A DNA stretch of 64,000 bases from Ostreococcus lucimarinus (Eukaryota): assembly GCA_000092065.1 (NCBI GenBank), contig CP000600.1. One strand, written 5' to 3'. A program made the translations under genes and the position numbers. The notes under the pieces are model-generated. The model saw nothing but the letters and a program-made list of their open reading frames with translations, did no database searches and was not told where the DNA came from. This document shows, one piece after another, positions 21,522-34,841 of this stretch. Within the stretch, counting starts at the first letter, position 1. Each line of letters opens with the position of its first letter.

Positions 21522-22145
21522 TCACGTGAAGACGCCCTCTCGCAATCGGCGCTCGTGCCTGCGCTTCGCCGCCCGCCTTCTCGCCCGTCTTTTCGCCAAC
21601 CGCTCGGGATCTGAGTCCCCACCGCTCGTCGCGCTATCGATCGTCAGCACCGATCGCAGTCGCTCGCTCCCGACGTCTCTCGCGACTTCCCCGCCGACGA
21701 TCTCACCGCGCGCCGTCGGCTCGTCCTCGTCGCCCTCGAGCAAGCGTTTCGCCAACGCCTTTGCCCGCGCCGCGCGCTCGCGCGCTTCGTTCGACGGTCG
21801 CGGCCCCCAGCCGAGCTCTCTCGCGTCTCGCGTCGACGTCCACGCCTTCGCGTCCTCGTCCTCGTCTTCGCGCGCTCGCGCCGACGCGTACGAGCTCGCG
21901 CTCGAGCTCGACGAGCTCGCGCTCGCGCTCGAGCGCGACGTCCGCGTCGTCGTCGCCTCCCGCCTCCCGCGTCCGTCGTCCGTCGCCCACGTCTCCGCCG
22001 CGTCGACGAACGCGTCGTTTTCGCCCGCGTCGTCGTCGTCTCCCGCGCGCGTCGCCCGCGCTCGCGCCTCGCGTCGTCGCAACAGCGTCGTCACGACGTC
22101 TTCGCGCGCGCGCGGTCGTCGGCGACGTCCATCGCGGCGCGACAT
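21522..22145 (-). CDS. Possible highly charged R/E/D-rich protein (207 aa); could equally be a spurious GC-rich ORF
   Basis: Sits in a 1-kb GC-rich interval between the Cys-rich gene and SDHA where several long ORFs overlap on both strands. It has no homology signal. Its arrangement would fit gene spacing (convergent stop, divergent from SDHA). Confidence 0.2.
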   Translation of the reverse strand: MSRRDGRRRRPRAREDVVTTLLRRREARARATRAGDDDDAGENDAFVDAAETWATDDGRGRREATTTRTSRSSASASSSSSSASSYASARAREDEDEDAKAWTSTRDARELGWGPRPSNEARERAARAKALAKRLLEGDEDEPTARGEIVGGEVARDVGSERLRSVLTIDSATSGGDSDPERLAKRRARRRAAKRRHERRLREGVFT

Positions 22146-22504
22146 CGCGACGACGCGAGGCGTCGCGCGCGCATCGACGGGGTTCGTCGTCGCGACGGGC
22201 GTTCGTCGCGGCGTCGCGACGTCGCGCCGTCGCGACGAACGAACGCGCGACGCGCGGTTTTAAATCCACGCGCGGCCGGCCGTGACGACACCGCGCGCGT
22301 CCGGGCGGAGCGACCTAGGGTTTAGACGGCTGGCGGAGAAAACGCTGTGTGTGATTTACTGTCACAAAACTGTTACGTCGACGCGACCGTTTCGTCGACG
22401 CGACGACGCCCGTCGGCGATCGGCGCGCGACGCCATCGCGCGACGCGCTCGAGGCTCGGGCGGGAGACGAAGAAGCGACGGGAGACGGGTCGAGGACGAT
22501 CGCG

Positions 22505-24436
22505 ATGCTGCGTCGGGCGATGCGCGCGAGCGCGATGCGGGCGTGCGAGCGAGGATGCGTCGCCGCGCGAAACGCGTTGACGACGAGCGCGAGCGGGAGC
22601 GGGAGCGGGAGCGGGAGCGGGCGATCGATCGCCACCGCGGCGTCGTCGTCGACGTCGTCGTACGAGATCATCGATCACGAGTACGACGCCCTGGTCGTCG
22701 GCGCCGGCGGCGCGGGCTTGCGCGCCGCGATCGGGCTCGGCGAGCACGGATTCAAGACGGCGTGCGTCACGAAGTTGTTCCCGACGCGATCGCACACGGT
22801 GGCGGCGCAGGGAGGGATCAACGCGGCGCTAGGGAACATGACCGAGGACGACTGGCGGTGGCACGCGTACGACACGGTGAAAGGGGCGGATTGGTTGGGA
22901 GACCAAGACGCGATTCAATACATGTGTCGCGAGGCGCCAAAGGCGGTGATCGAGTTGGAAAAGTACGGGATGCCGTTTTCACGAACGGACGAGGGGAAGA
23001 TTTATCAAAGAGCGTTCGGAGGACAATCGCTGGATTACGGCAAGGGCGGTCAGGCGTATCGATGCGCCGCGGCGGCTGATCGAACGGGACACGCGATGTT
23101 ACACACGCTCTACGGCGCGGCGTTGAAGCACGACGTGCAATTCTTCGTGGAGTATTTCGCGTTGGATTTGATCATGGACAAAGGCGAGTGCGTCGGAATC
23201 ATGGCTCTGTGCCTTGAAGACGGCACGTTGCACCGATTCAGATCACACCAGACGATTTTAGCCACCGGAGGTTACGGCAGAGCGTACTTTAGCGCGACGT
23301 CGGCACACACGTGCACGGGCGACGGCAACGCCATGGTGGCGCGCGCGGGTTTGCCGTTACAAGATCAAGAATTCGTGCAATTTCACCCGACTGGGATTTA
23401 CGGCGCCGGATGCTTGATCACCGAAGGTTCGCGCGGCGAAGGCGGAATCTTGCGCAACTCGGAGGGCGAACGTTTCATGGAGCGCTACGCCCCGAGCGCC
23501 AAGGATCTCGCCAGTCGCGATGTCGTCTCGCGATCGATGACGCTCGAGATTCGCGAAGGACGTGGTGTCGGTAAAGAGAAAGATCACATCTACTTGCACT
23601 TGAACCACTTGCCTCCGGAGCTATTGGCGGAGCGCCTTCCGGGGATTTCGGAAACCGCCGCGATTTTCGCCGGCGTCGACGTCACCAAGGAGCCGATCCC
23701 CGTCATCCCCACCGTGCATTACAACATGGGTGGTATCCCAACCAACTACAAGGGCGAAGTTGTGGCACCTAAGAACGGAGACCCGGACGCCATCGTCCCT
23801 GGCTTGCTCGCCGCCGGCGAGGCGGCGTGCGCGAGCGTGCACGGCGCCAACCGTTTGGGTGCCAACTCATTGCTCGACATCGTCGTCTTCGGTCGCGCGT
23901 GCGCTAACACGGTGGCTGATAAACTCAAGCGCGGTGCACCGCATCGTGAGATCGCCAGCGACGCCGGATCGAACGCCATCGAACGTTTGGACAAGATTCG
24001 AAACTCCAAAGGCAGCGCGCCGACGGCGATGCTTCGTAAGACGATGCAAAAGGTGATGCAAGAGGATGCCGCGGTTTTCCGTACTCAAGAAACGCTCGCA
24101 AACGGGTGCAAGCGTATCGACGACGTCGCGGCGCAGCTGGACAACTTGAAGCTCACCGACCGATCGTTGGTGTGGAACACTGACTTGGTCGAAGCGCTCG
24201 AACTTCACAACCTCATGCCCAACGCGCAGACGACGATGCACTCAGCCGAGCAACGCAAGGAAAGCCGTGGTGCGCACGCCCGCGAGGATTTCCCCGACCG
24301 TTTAGACGACGTGTGGATGAAGCACACGCTCGCGTACGTGGAAAACGGCAAGGTGAAGATTGATTACCGTCCCAACCACCACTACACCCTCGACGCCGAG
24401 ATGGACGTAATTCCGCCCAAGGCGCGCGTGTACTAA
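22505..24436 (+). CDS. SDHA: Succinate dehydrogenase flavoprotein subunit, mitochondrial (643 aa)
   Basis: Carries the FAD-binding [10 protein letters not shown] motif, [12 protein letters not shown], and the [10 protein letters not shown] covalent-FAD His. High identity across the full length to eukaryotic SDHA. The N-terminal R/A/S presequence includes an (SG)5 run. Confidence 0.95.
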   Translation: MLRRAMRASAMRACERGCVAARNALTTSASGSGSGSGSGRSIATAASSSTSSYEIIDHEYDALVVGAGGAGLRAAIGLGEHGFKTACVTKLFPTRSHTVAAQGGINAALGNMTEDDWRWHAYDTVKGADWLGDQDAIQYMCREAPKAVIELEKYGMPFSRTDEGKIYQRAFGGQSLDYGKGGQAYRCAAAADRTGHAMLHTLYGAALKHDVQFFVEYFALDLIMDKGECVGIMALCLEDGTLHRFRSHQTILATGGYGRAYFSATSAHTCTGDGNAMVARAGLPLQDQEFVQFHPTGIYGAGCLITEGSRGEGGILRNSEGERFMERYAPSAKDLASRDVVSRSMTLEIREGRGVGKEKDHIYLHLNHLPPELLAERLPGISETAAIFAGVDVTKEPIPVIPTVHYNMGGIPTNYKGEVVAPKNGDPDAIVPGLLAAGEAACASVHGANRLGANSLLDIVVFGRACANTVADKLKRGAPHREIASDAGSNAIERLDKIRNSKGSAPTAMLRKTMQKVMQEDAAVFRTQETLANGCKRIDDVAAQLDNLKLTDRSLVWNTDLVEALELHNLMPNAQTTMHSAEQRKESRGAHAREDFPDRLDDVWMKHTLAYVENGKVKIDYRPNHHYTLDAEMDVIPPKARVY

Positions 24437-24612
24437 CTGCGCGACCTCGCGACTCAACGTTTACTACTCGCAGTACTTTAAGCCTCCATTAGCTCACCGC
24501 GCGTTGAATTTAAGTAAAATCACCCATCTCGCACGCGTTTCGTCGTCTTGTCTCTCGTCTCTCCGTCGCGCGCGCGTCTCTCGCTTCCGCACAGCCAGGC
24601 GCGCATCGCCCG

Positions 24613-27600
24613 ATGGCGCCACCGTCCGAACCCGCGCCCGAGCTCGAGGCCGACGTCAAGGCGTACGCCTCGTCTCTTGGGTTCGCTCCTCGCGCGAGCG
24701 ACGGCGCCGTCACCCGCGGCTTCGACGACCGAGACTTCCGCGCGGAACACTTGAGAAAGAAGGAGGCGGCGGCGGCGCGGCGCGCGAAAGAAAAGTCATC
24801 GACGACGCGCGAGGACGACGCGCGAGACGACGGCGAGCGCGGCAGAGGAAAGAAACGCGCGCAGACGAACGATGCTCGCGCGAACGCGTCACAAAAAGCG
24901 ACGCGGGACAAGGCAAACGATGGGAAGAAGACGTCGCGGGACGACGGCGACGGCGACGGCGACGGCGACGCGGCGGCTCGAGAGCGGCCGTCGGGAAAGA
25001 AACGACCGTGGAATCCAGGGGCGGGGCCTATGCCGAGTAAAGGCGATGTAAAGGGAGGTAAATCGAATCGCGATGGTGGTGCGAATGCGAGCGCGTCGGG
25101 GGGGGCGTGGTACGAGGCGAGCGAGGCTTTGGACGCCGAACTCGGGAGCGCTGGCAAGCGCGGGAAATCCAAGTCGGAACCGACGCGCGGTGAGCTGGAA
25201 GAGAAGGAACGCATGGCGAAGAATGCGCTAGAAGATCGAGTGAACACGTACGCCAAACGCATGCAGCGACACAGCGATGCAAACGCGAAATGGTTGGAGA
25301 TGGTTCGCACAAACGGTACGGCGAGCGATAAAGTAGCCGCCAACGTGTTGAGCGTGACCGAGGACCCAGCGGCGAACTTGAAAGCGCTGGAGAATTTACT
25401 AGGAATCGTCGAACGCGCTCGAGCGAGTGGGGGCAAACGTGGGGCTGTGCAATCGATCACCGCGCTCGAGACGTTGTTTCGGGAAAGCCTGCTCCCCGAT
25501 CGAAAGCTGCGATATTTTAGCGAACAGCCCCTCTCGGTGGCGGCGAGTGCCCCGCACGAACGCAAGCGATTGATGTACTGGTACGTCGAAGACTCTATTA
25601 AGCGTATGTACTTGCGGTTCATTGCGGCTTTGGATGAGTTATCTCGAGATCCTTTGCCGATTCTCAAGGAAAAGTCTTTGAAGAGCGCGTACGCACTACT
25701 CAAATCCAAACCCGAAGGCGAGCGTCAGTTGTTGAACATAATGGTCAACAAACTCGGCGATCCGTCGAGAAAAATCGCATCCAGCGCGTCGTATTTGTGT
25801 TTAGAGCTCATCAAGGCGCACCCTGCGATGAAGCGCATCGTCGCACGAGAGGTGGAAGCGTTCACGTTTCGAAGAGGCGTGGGATTGAAGGCGCAGTACT
25901 ACGCCGCGGTGATGATGAATCAAATTCCTCTCGGGCACAAGGGCGATGGACCGGCGTTGGCTGAGCAGCTCATCGAGGCGTACTTTGGATTGTTTCAGTA
26001 TTTGTACAATTTGTCGCTGAAGAAAGATCCCGCGAAAGAAGAAGAGGCTAAGCCCGAGGTGAAGAAGAAGGACAAAAAACGTCATCGAGACGGTGGCCGG
26101 GGTCGCGGCGGTCGCGGCGGTCGCGGCGGTCGCGGTGGCCGTGGACGCGGTGGTAAGGATAGCAACAAACCAACACAACCAGTGCAAATCGGTGCAGGCG
26201 TTGACGCTCGAGTCGTCTCCGCCTTACTCACGGGAATCAATCGCGCGTTTCCGTACGTGGCGAGCGAAAAAATGGACGCTCTCATCGATCGCATCTCTCC
26301 CGCCTTGTTCACTATTGCGCACTCTCCAAATCTCAGTGGGGCGTTGCAAGCGATGATGTTGCTATTTCAGTTGCTATCGGCTCGTTCATCAGTGAGCGAT
26401 CGATATTATCGCGCACTGTACGCCTTGCTGTTGCATCCGGGACTGTTGCGATCGGCGAACAATGCGCAAGTATTATCGCTTATTTTCAAGAGCTTGCGCG
26501 AGGACGTCGTTCCGAAGCGCTCGGCGGCGATGGTGAAACGTTTGTTACAAGTGGCTTCGCAAGCACCGGCTACGTTCGCGTGCGGTGCGCTCATGGCGGT
26601 TAGTGAGTTTTTGTCGAAGCAGCCTTCGCACTGGAACGCCATTCGAGTACCGCGAGAGACTGAAGAGGATGGCGTCGAGCACTTCAGCGACGTCAGAGAC
26701 GACGAAGACGAAACAAACGAAGGGACTGGGTTGTTTGAGGGCGATAAAACGACGGAAAGAACGCCCAAAGCGACGAAAAGTGACAGCGAAAAGTCCTCAG
26801 ATGATGACGAGGATGCCGACCAAGCCAACGCCGTCGATGGCGAAAAAGGCTCGAACCGAGTCGGCGGGCCGAGCGAGCGATACGACATGGAGAAGCGAGA
26901 GCCCATGTACGCGCGCGCGGAAACTTCGTGCTGGTGGGAACTCAATGTTCTCGCCGCGAACGCTCACCCGTCAGTCTCCGCGATGTCCCGCACTTTGCTC
27001 GAAGGCAAGCCAATTGAATACGACGGCGATCCTCTCTCTGACATGACGCTCACCGTGTTCCTTGACAAATGGTTGCAGAAGAAGCCGAAGAAAAGATCCA
27101 AGGGTGGTTCTCTAGTCATGCGAGCGTTGGAATCCGACGCGAGCGCGGCGTACATGCCCGGCACGGACGAATTTGCGTCGCTCATGGAGTCCGAAGTTGA
27201 CCCTTCCGACGTCTTCTTTCATCGCTACTTTGCCAACAAGACGGAGAAGGCGGCGGCGAAGAAGAAAAAGGCGGACAAGAAAACGACAGACGACGACGAC
27301 CAGGCAGAATCCGAGTCAGATGCCGACGGCGAGCTCCCGAAGAAGAAATTCGACGACAGCGAATCCGAAGGCGACGACAGCGAAGACGAACTCGCGGTGG
27401 AGGAAATCAACATCAACGACGCCTCCGACTCGGAGGACGACGAAGAGCTCGCGATTCCACTCAAGAAGATCCGCAAGAACGATTTCAAGGAGGATAGCGA
27501 CGACGCCGCGGACGAAGAGTTCGGCAAGTCTGAGCGCCAGGAAGAAGCGATCGAAGACGAGCGATACGATTTGGACGCCTTCGCGGCGGCGTACGGCAGA

Positions 27601-27865
27601 CAACCCGGGTACTTGATTCGCGAAGCCGCAGAGCGCGAGAGAGCGGCGGAAGCGAAGGCGATCGAGGCGATCAAACGCGCGGTTCAGCGCACGCCCACGG
27701 GTGCAAACGATGAAGACACCATCGACGACGACTTTACCGCCGGCGGCGTCTTCGCCTCGGCCGAAGAATACGAAACCATGATCAACACCGACGCCGTCAA
27801 CGCCGTGGATCCGAACAAGCTCGACGACGACGAAGCCGACGACGAGGAAGCTGACATCGAAGTCA

Positions 27866-27915
<50 letters not shown>

Positions 27916-28005
27916 CCATCGCCGCCACCATCGAAAAAGACCAAACCGTCTCCGTCGTCGTCCTCGAAGAAGACGTCCGAGCGCCGTCGCTCGCGCGCCG
28001 AATAG
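24613..28005 (+). CDS. CCAAT/enhancer-binding protein zeta / Noc1-Mak21 family (CBF domain) ribosome-biogenesis protein, 1130 aa
   Basis: Central CBF/Mak21-like region (LMYWYVEDSIKRMYLRFIAAL..., HPAMKRIVAREVEAFTFRRG...). Internal RGG box (GGRGRGGRGGRGGRGGRGRGG), acidic tail with a run of 17 Asp, and a basic extreme C-terminus. Confidence 0.65.
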
Positions 28006-28081
28006 CGCCGCGACGTCCGCGTCGAATCGTGTAGTCACTCCGCGTCGTTACGCGGCGTAGGGTAAAGGGAAGACGTTGTAG

Positions 28082-29704
<1,623 letters not shown>

Positions 29705-30060
29705 GGCGATCGACGACGATCATTTTCGAATTTATTTCCATCCGTCGAGCGCGCGAACCTTCGCACGAGCGTTGCAATTAATCTCCTAGTATCGAAGATG
29801 AGTGAAAAAAACGCGCCGAGACTCACCACACGGACCACACACCGCACGCGCGTCGTCCCATCCCCGCGCCCGTCGCGCGCCGCGCCGCCTCTTCGCGACG
29901 CCCGTCGCGTGACGCCCCCTCGCATCGAACGCTAGACGTTTGATACTATCGCGGCGCACGAGTTAAAGAAGTGTAAAACGCTCGCACTCTCCTTGCTGCA
30001 CGCATAAGCAGTTTGGTCTCGCCGCTGAACCAACCCTCGCGACCACTTCGCAGATTCATC

Positions 30061-31132
30061 ATGCCGTCCGCGGCGCAACTTAAGAAGCAAGGCTACGCCG
30101 AACGCGTGCACAAGCTTTTGGATAACTATGATACCGCGCTGTTAGTGCACGCCGATAACGTCGGGTCGAAACAGTTCATGGACATTCGCGCGGTACGTCG
30201 ATCGATCGATCGCGCGGGACGCTCACCAAAGCCCTAGAGGGTGACCGAGGGCGTTTCGCTTCGCCGCGCCCGTAAATCTCGACCGCGACGACTGACGGTG
30301 ATGAACTTGTGCGCGCGTCCAGTCGATTCGTCCGGAATCCGTGGTGCTCATGGGTAAGAACACGCTCATGCGCAAGTGCATCTCCAACTATTGCGCCGCC
30401 AAGGGCGACGACACGTGGATGATCCTTTCGAACAAGCTCGTGGGTAACGTCGGTATCATCTTCACCAAGGGTGATTTGTTGGATGTTCGTAAGAAGATTC
30501 AACAATTCGTCGTGCCGGCGCCGGCGCGCGTCGGCGCCATCGCGCCGGTCGAAGTCGTGGTGCCGGCGGGTCCGACTGGGATGGAACCGTCACAAACGTC
30601 CTTCTTCCAAACGCTGAACATCGCGACGAAGATTAACAAGGGTACGATTGAAATCCTCAACGACATCGTCGTGTTACAACCGGGCGACCGTGTTTCATCT
30701 TCTGCCGCTGCATTGCTCGGTAAGATGAAGTTCACGCCGTTCACGTACGGTTTGATCGTCATGGAAGTCTACGACAAGGGCGCCATGTACCCGTCCGCCG
30801 TCTTGGACATCACCAACGAAACTCTCGAGAAGAAGTTTATGTCCGGTGTCGCCCAAGTCGCGTCGCTTTCCTTGGCGTCTGGCTACCCGACCCTCGCGTC
30901 CGTGCCGCACTCCATCGTCAACGCGTACAAGAACGTCCTCGCCATCTCCATTGGTACCGACTACACGTTCGAGTTGGCGCAAAAGGTCAAGGACTACCTC
31001 GCCAACCCGGGCGCTTTCGCGTCCGCGGCTCCGGCTGCGGGTGGCGATGCTGCCGCCGGCGGTGCCGCCAAGGCTGCCGCCGTCGAGGAAGAGGAAGAAG
31101 AGGCCGAAATGGACTTCGACTTGTTCGATTAA
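30061..31132 (+). CDS. RPLP0: 60S acidic ribosomal protein P0 (uL10); join(30061..30192,30323..31132), 130-nt intron
   Basis: Exon 1 reads MPSAAQLKKQGYAERVHKLLDNYDTALLVHADNVGSKQFMDIRA. The intron is gtacgtcg...cgACTGACGgtgatgaacttgtgcgcgcgtccag. Exon 2 continues SIRPESVVLMGKNTLMRK... and ends in the acidic ...EEEEEEAEMDFDLFD tail. Collinear with human RPLP0. Confidence 0.93.
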
Positions 31133-31335
31133 TCTCGAGAAAAGAATGGTGTTCCTTAGGAAATGCTAGACAATTTGTTGTGATCGACGCTAAAGATTTA
31201 CAGCTCAAATCGCGACTCGCCGCGCCTGAAGTTTCGCGAAAAGAAGAAACGAGGAGCATCGCTGGGGGATTGTCCAAAGAATACCATTATCAACGCTAAA
31301 TAATTACAACTGAAAACGCAATTCCATGCGTCTCG

Positions 31336-32568
31336 CTATTCTTCGATAAGCCTGCGCACGCTGCGCAGCTCGGCTTCGACGGCTTCAAGCGAAAAGTCGC
31401 CCGAGGTCGTCGGCGTCGGGGATGGCGCGCTCATCATTTCCCCGAACCCCTCTTCAGCAAGATTTCGCGCCGCGGACGATGAAATCGCAGCGCCAGCGAA
31501 ACTACAATCCGAACCCTCATTCGCGGCGACAAAATCCGTCGCACATCCGTCGAACGTCCCCGTTTCCGACGTCTCGTCAATTTCTTCCAACCGAAGCATC
31601 GCGCTCACGGGCGCCTCTAACTCCACTAAGTTTTTACACAGCTCAATCGTCTCAATCGTGAGCGCTCTTACGAAGTCATGTCTTTCGCGCATCGATTCCA
31701 CCACACTCGCTATCTTTTGCAAAAATTGCTCCGCCGATAGCGAATCGTCGACGTTACCGTTCTCTTGTATATCGTCTTCGAATCTTCCCGAGAGCGTTCG
31801 CGCGGGCGTCGAGCCGCCGAACGCTACCGCGAACGCACCCGGCTCTTCGCTCATCGTTCGCTTGTGCATCGCACGCTTCCTAGCCTGCGCGACGATGCTC
31901 GTACTCTTTGTCGGTTGCACCCAACTCGGCCCTTTGATGACGTCTTTACTCGCCGCACCGACCTCATCACCGCGATACTTTTGAAACGACGCTCTTTGCG
32001 TGACAACATCCATGTCCACGCTCATACCTCGTCCTTTGATCGGCGTCGTTCTCGTCGACAGCGACGTCGGCGGTAGACCGCCGTCGCCGCCCGCTCTCTT
32101 CTCCTTGCTCGCGCCGTGCGAAAATCGCCTATCCGCGAGCTCGCCCACGACACCATCGTCCACGGCTCGCACGTGCGACGCGCTCGCGTACGCGTTCAAC
32201 GCCGTCCCAGAGCTCTTCCCGAACGACGCTTCCTTCTTCGGCGACGTCATCACTCGACTCGCGCTCGCGGCGCCGCGCGGCGACTCCCCGAGCGCGCGCG
32301 CCGACCGTCGCCCCATCCCCGTCCCGACCCGCTCCGCGTTCGTCTGCGCCGCGCGCGACGCGGCGTGTCCATCGCCTCTCCCTCGCGTCGCGTTCGCGCC
32401 TTTCCCGCGCGCTCGCTCGCTCGCGCGCGCCCCGTCGTCGACATCGCCGTCTTTGAATTCGAACGCCCGCGCGTCGTCGTCGTTCGTCGTCGCCGTCGTC
32501 GTCGCCGTCGTCGTCGAGCGCGGCGACGACGCGTCATCGCGATGCGGTTTCGTGCACGCGCATCCCAT
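31336..32568 (-). CDS. Hypothetical protein with N-terminal MGCxC (predicted N-myristoylation/palmitoylation), 410 aa
   Basis: ATG confirmed. N-terminus MGCACTK. No recognisable domain. Low-complexity S/A/T-rich. Confidence 0.4.
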   Translation of the reverse strand: MGCACTKPHRDDASSPRSTTTATTTATTNDDDARAFEFKDGDVDDGARASERARGKGANATRGRGDGHAASRAAQTNAERVGTGMGRRSARALGESPRGAASASRVMTSPKKEASFGKSSGTALNAYASASHVRAVDDGVVGELADRRFSHGASKEKRAGGDGGLPPTSLSTRTTPIKGRGMSVDMDVVTQRASFQKYRGDEVGAASKDVIKGPSWVQPTKSTSIVAQARKRAMHKRTMSEEPGAFAVAFGGSTPARTLSGRFEDDIQENGNVDDSLSAEQFLQKIASVVESMRERHDFVRALTIETIELCKNLVELEAPVSAMLRLEEIDETSETGTFDGCATDFVAANEGSDCSFAGAAISSSAARNLAEEGFGEMMSAPSPTPTTSGDFSLEAVEAELRSVRRLIEE

Positions 32569-32657
32569 GGCGCGTCGTCTTCGCGACGCGACGCGACGCG
32601 ACGCGATGTGATGTTTGTCGCGAGGCGTCGTCGGTCGTTACACGTCGTCGCGCCGCG

Positions 32658-33458
32658 ATGCGCGCGTACTTGGTGCGTCACGCGCAGAGCGAGAACAACG
32701 TCCTGCGCGCGCCCGGGCTGGACAACGCCGAGCGAAGCGCCGACCCCGGGGTCACGGCGAGGGGCTGCCGACAGATGGATGCGCTCGAGGCGCGTTTCGC
32801 GAGACTGCGCGCCGAGACGGCGAGAGGGATCGCGCTGTACGCGTCACCGATGCGTCGGTGCTTGCTCACGGCGAACGCGATGGCGCGAGGGATGCGGACG
32901 CGGGCCAAGGTGATGATCGACGCGCACGAGCACGGCGGATGCTTTCGCGGCGCGCGCGGACGAGACGCGGACGCGGACGGGACGAGTCGAGCGATCGGCG
33001 AGCGCGGGATGACGAGAGATGAGATCGAGAGCGAGTTCGAGCTCGTGGATGCGAGCGATGTGCCGACGATCGGGTGGTGGGACGCCTCGCGAGGGTGCGA
33101 GACGGTGGCGGAGGCGCAGACGCGCGCGCGCGGCGTGGCGAAGTATTTAATGCACAAGGCGCGCGCGATGGCGGCGGGTGAGGAGGAAGAGATGGACGTG
33201 TGCATCGTCACGCACGGAATGTTTATCGATATGCTGCTCAAGACGCTGTTCGATGTGCCGAGAACGCGAGGAAAGCAGGGGGCGCTGTTTTGCTCGCAAA
33301 ACGCGTGCGTGCACGAACTTCATCTTGACATCGCCGAAGACGGCGATTCGGTGGGATTGCAGGTGTTTAACGACGTCACGCACATTCCCGAAGAGGCACG
33401 CTCGGGTGGCACCGTCGACGGGCTCTCGGAGGCGTACACGAACGAAGGTTCGGCGTGA
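32658..33458 (+). CDS. Histidine phosphatase superfamily (phosphoglycerate mutase-like) protein, 266 aa
   Basis: The N-terminal catalytic motif YLVRHAQSENN (RHG-type) and the C-terminal CIVTHGMFID His motif are both present. Confidence 0.7.
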   Translation: MRAYLVRHAQSENNVLRAPGLDNAERSADPGVTARGCRQMDALEARFARLRAETARGIALYASPMRRCLLTANAMARGMRTRAKVMIDAHEHGGCFRGARGRDADADGTSRAIGERGMTRDEIESEFELVDASDVPTIGWWDASRGCETVAEAQTRARGVAKYLMHKARAMAAGEEEEMDVCIVTHGMFIDMLLKTLFDVPRTRGKQGALFCSQNACVHELHLDIAEDGDSVGLQVFNDVTHIPEEARSGGTVDGLSEAYTNEGSA

Positions 33459-33562
33459 GACGCGTTCGAGTCGGCGTAAGTTTCGCCGTAATATTTTACA
33501 GTACATTTGATGTTGCAATATATCTAGGTTTGAGCTAAGCACGAGCGCTTGTCGTTTGCGCA

Positions 33563-34438
33563 CTACAGACGAGCCTTCTTCCCGCTTCGCATGAACGGTC
33601 GCAGGCTCCATTCGATGTCGCAATCGTCCATTTCCACCGTCCCGAGCTTGATTTGGTACAAGCGCATCTCGAACCTCGGACCGATTTCCGTGAGCGCGAC
33701 TGATTTCGCCCCTTTCGGCATCTCATACATGTGATGGCGCAAAGAAATATAATCAGCATCGTTCGCAAACGTCACGACGCGCTTTGACTTCGCCTTGGGC
33801 TCGGGGAACAAGTGCTTCAGCACCGTCGCCGTGCGCTTGCCGAGCGGCGACGTAAAATTTTCTAAAATCAAGTGCGGAAACACCTCGCTGACGTGACCGA
33901 TGTCCTGATCCTTGATATCGTGCCGCATCACCGTGTTGGACAACCCAAAGTAACACGTCGGCCCGAACGGTAGGTGCGAAATCACCAACCCATCCGGCTC
34001 GCCCCGGTGTTCGTGCACCATGACTAAATCCGTGAACCCGCCGTTTCGACACAAATCCACCAAATCCGGCAAGATTTGACTCCCGCGGTTGATCCTTTGC
34101 GACGTGGGAAACAACAACTTGAGCTCTTTCGCGAATTGTTGCAACCGACTCGACGGATCTCGCGACGTCGTCAGAAGCACTCTCGGTTCCCGTTCCGCCG
34201 CCTTCGCGTACTCGTCGTCAATCACCCCTCGCGCCCCGTACGACGCCGTCTTCGCGTCTTCCGCGTGCACTTCCTCCCGCAATCGCGCTTCTTCCTTCCG
34301 CAACTCCGTCGGGATCGCCTTGCCGTCCTCCAGGCACTGTCGAATCGTTCGTTTCTTTTCGTACAGCTCGCGCTCCTTGCCTTCGAGCGATTTTCGATAC
34401 ACAAACTCTCGCCGCAGGCGCGCCGTGCGTCGAAGCAT
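33563..34438 (-). CDS. IMP4: U3 snoRNP protein IMP4 (Brix domain), 291 aa
   Basis: MLRRTARLRREFVYRKS...LLTTSRDPSSRLQQFAKELKLLFP...FEMRLYQIKLGT is a near-identical motif order to yeast/human IMP4. Confidence 0.9.
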   Translation of the reverse strand: MLRRTARLRREFVYRKSLEGKERELYEKKRTIRQCLEDGKAIPTELRKEEARLREEVHAEDAKTASYGARGVIDDEYAKAAEREPRVLLTTSRDPSSRLQQFAKELKLLFPTSQRINRGSQILPDLVDLCRNGGFTDLVMVHEHRGEPDGLVISHLPFGPTCYFGLSNTVMRHDIKDQDIGHVSEVFPHLILENFTSPLGKRTATVLKHLFPEPKAKSKRVVTFANDADYISLRHHMYEMPKGAKSVALTEIGPRFEMRLYQIKLGTVEMDDCDIEWSLRPFMRSGKKARL

Positions 34439-34841
34439 GCCGACGAATCACGGGGCGTTCGAACCCGAACGCGTCGCGCCGTCGCGTCGGTCCGTCGCGC
34501 CGTCGCGTCCGCGTCGACGTCGTCGCCCCGTTCGACGCGTCGCGCACTTCGGCCGCCGCCGCCGCGCGCGACGGCGCGACGTCGCCCGGCGCCGGACGCG
34601 CCGCGCGCGCCGTACGCGACGCGATCGAACCGCCATCAAACGTCGCGCGTCGATCGCATCATAAAACGACGACCGCGTCGAATGATGGCGCCGCGAACCA
34701 TCATTCGCCGCATGGGGTTTACGCGATGGATCGATAAAAATCATCCGCGCGCGATCCGAACGCGCCCGCGTCGTCCCGGCGCGCGCGCGCCCGCGCGGGG
34801 CGTCACAACGCGCGCGCGCTCTCTCGACACACCGATCGATC

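Noticed and set aside
30285-30310. C/D-box snoRNA in the RPLP0 intron (TGATGA and CTGA present)
   Set aside because: The boxes are in the wrong order (CTGA precedes TGATGA), and CTGA is simply the branch point. Intron too short.
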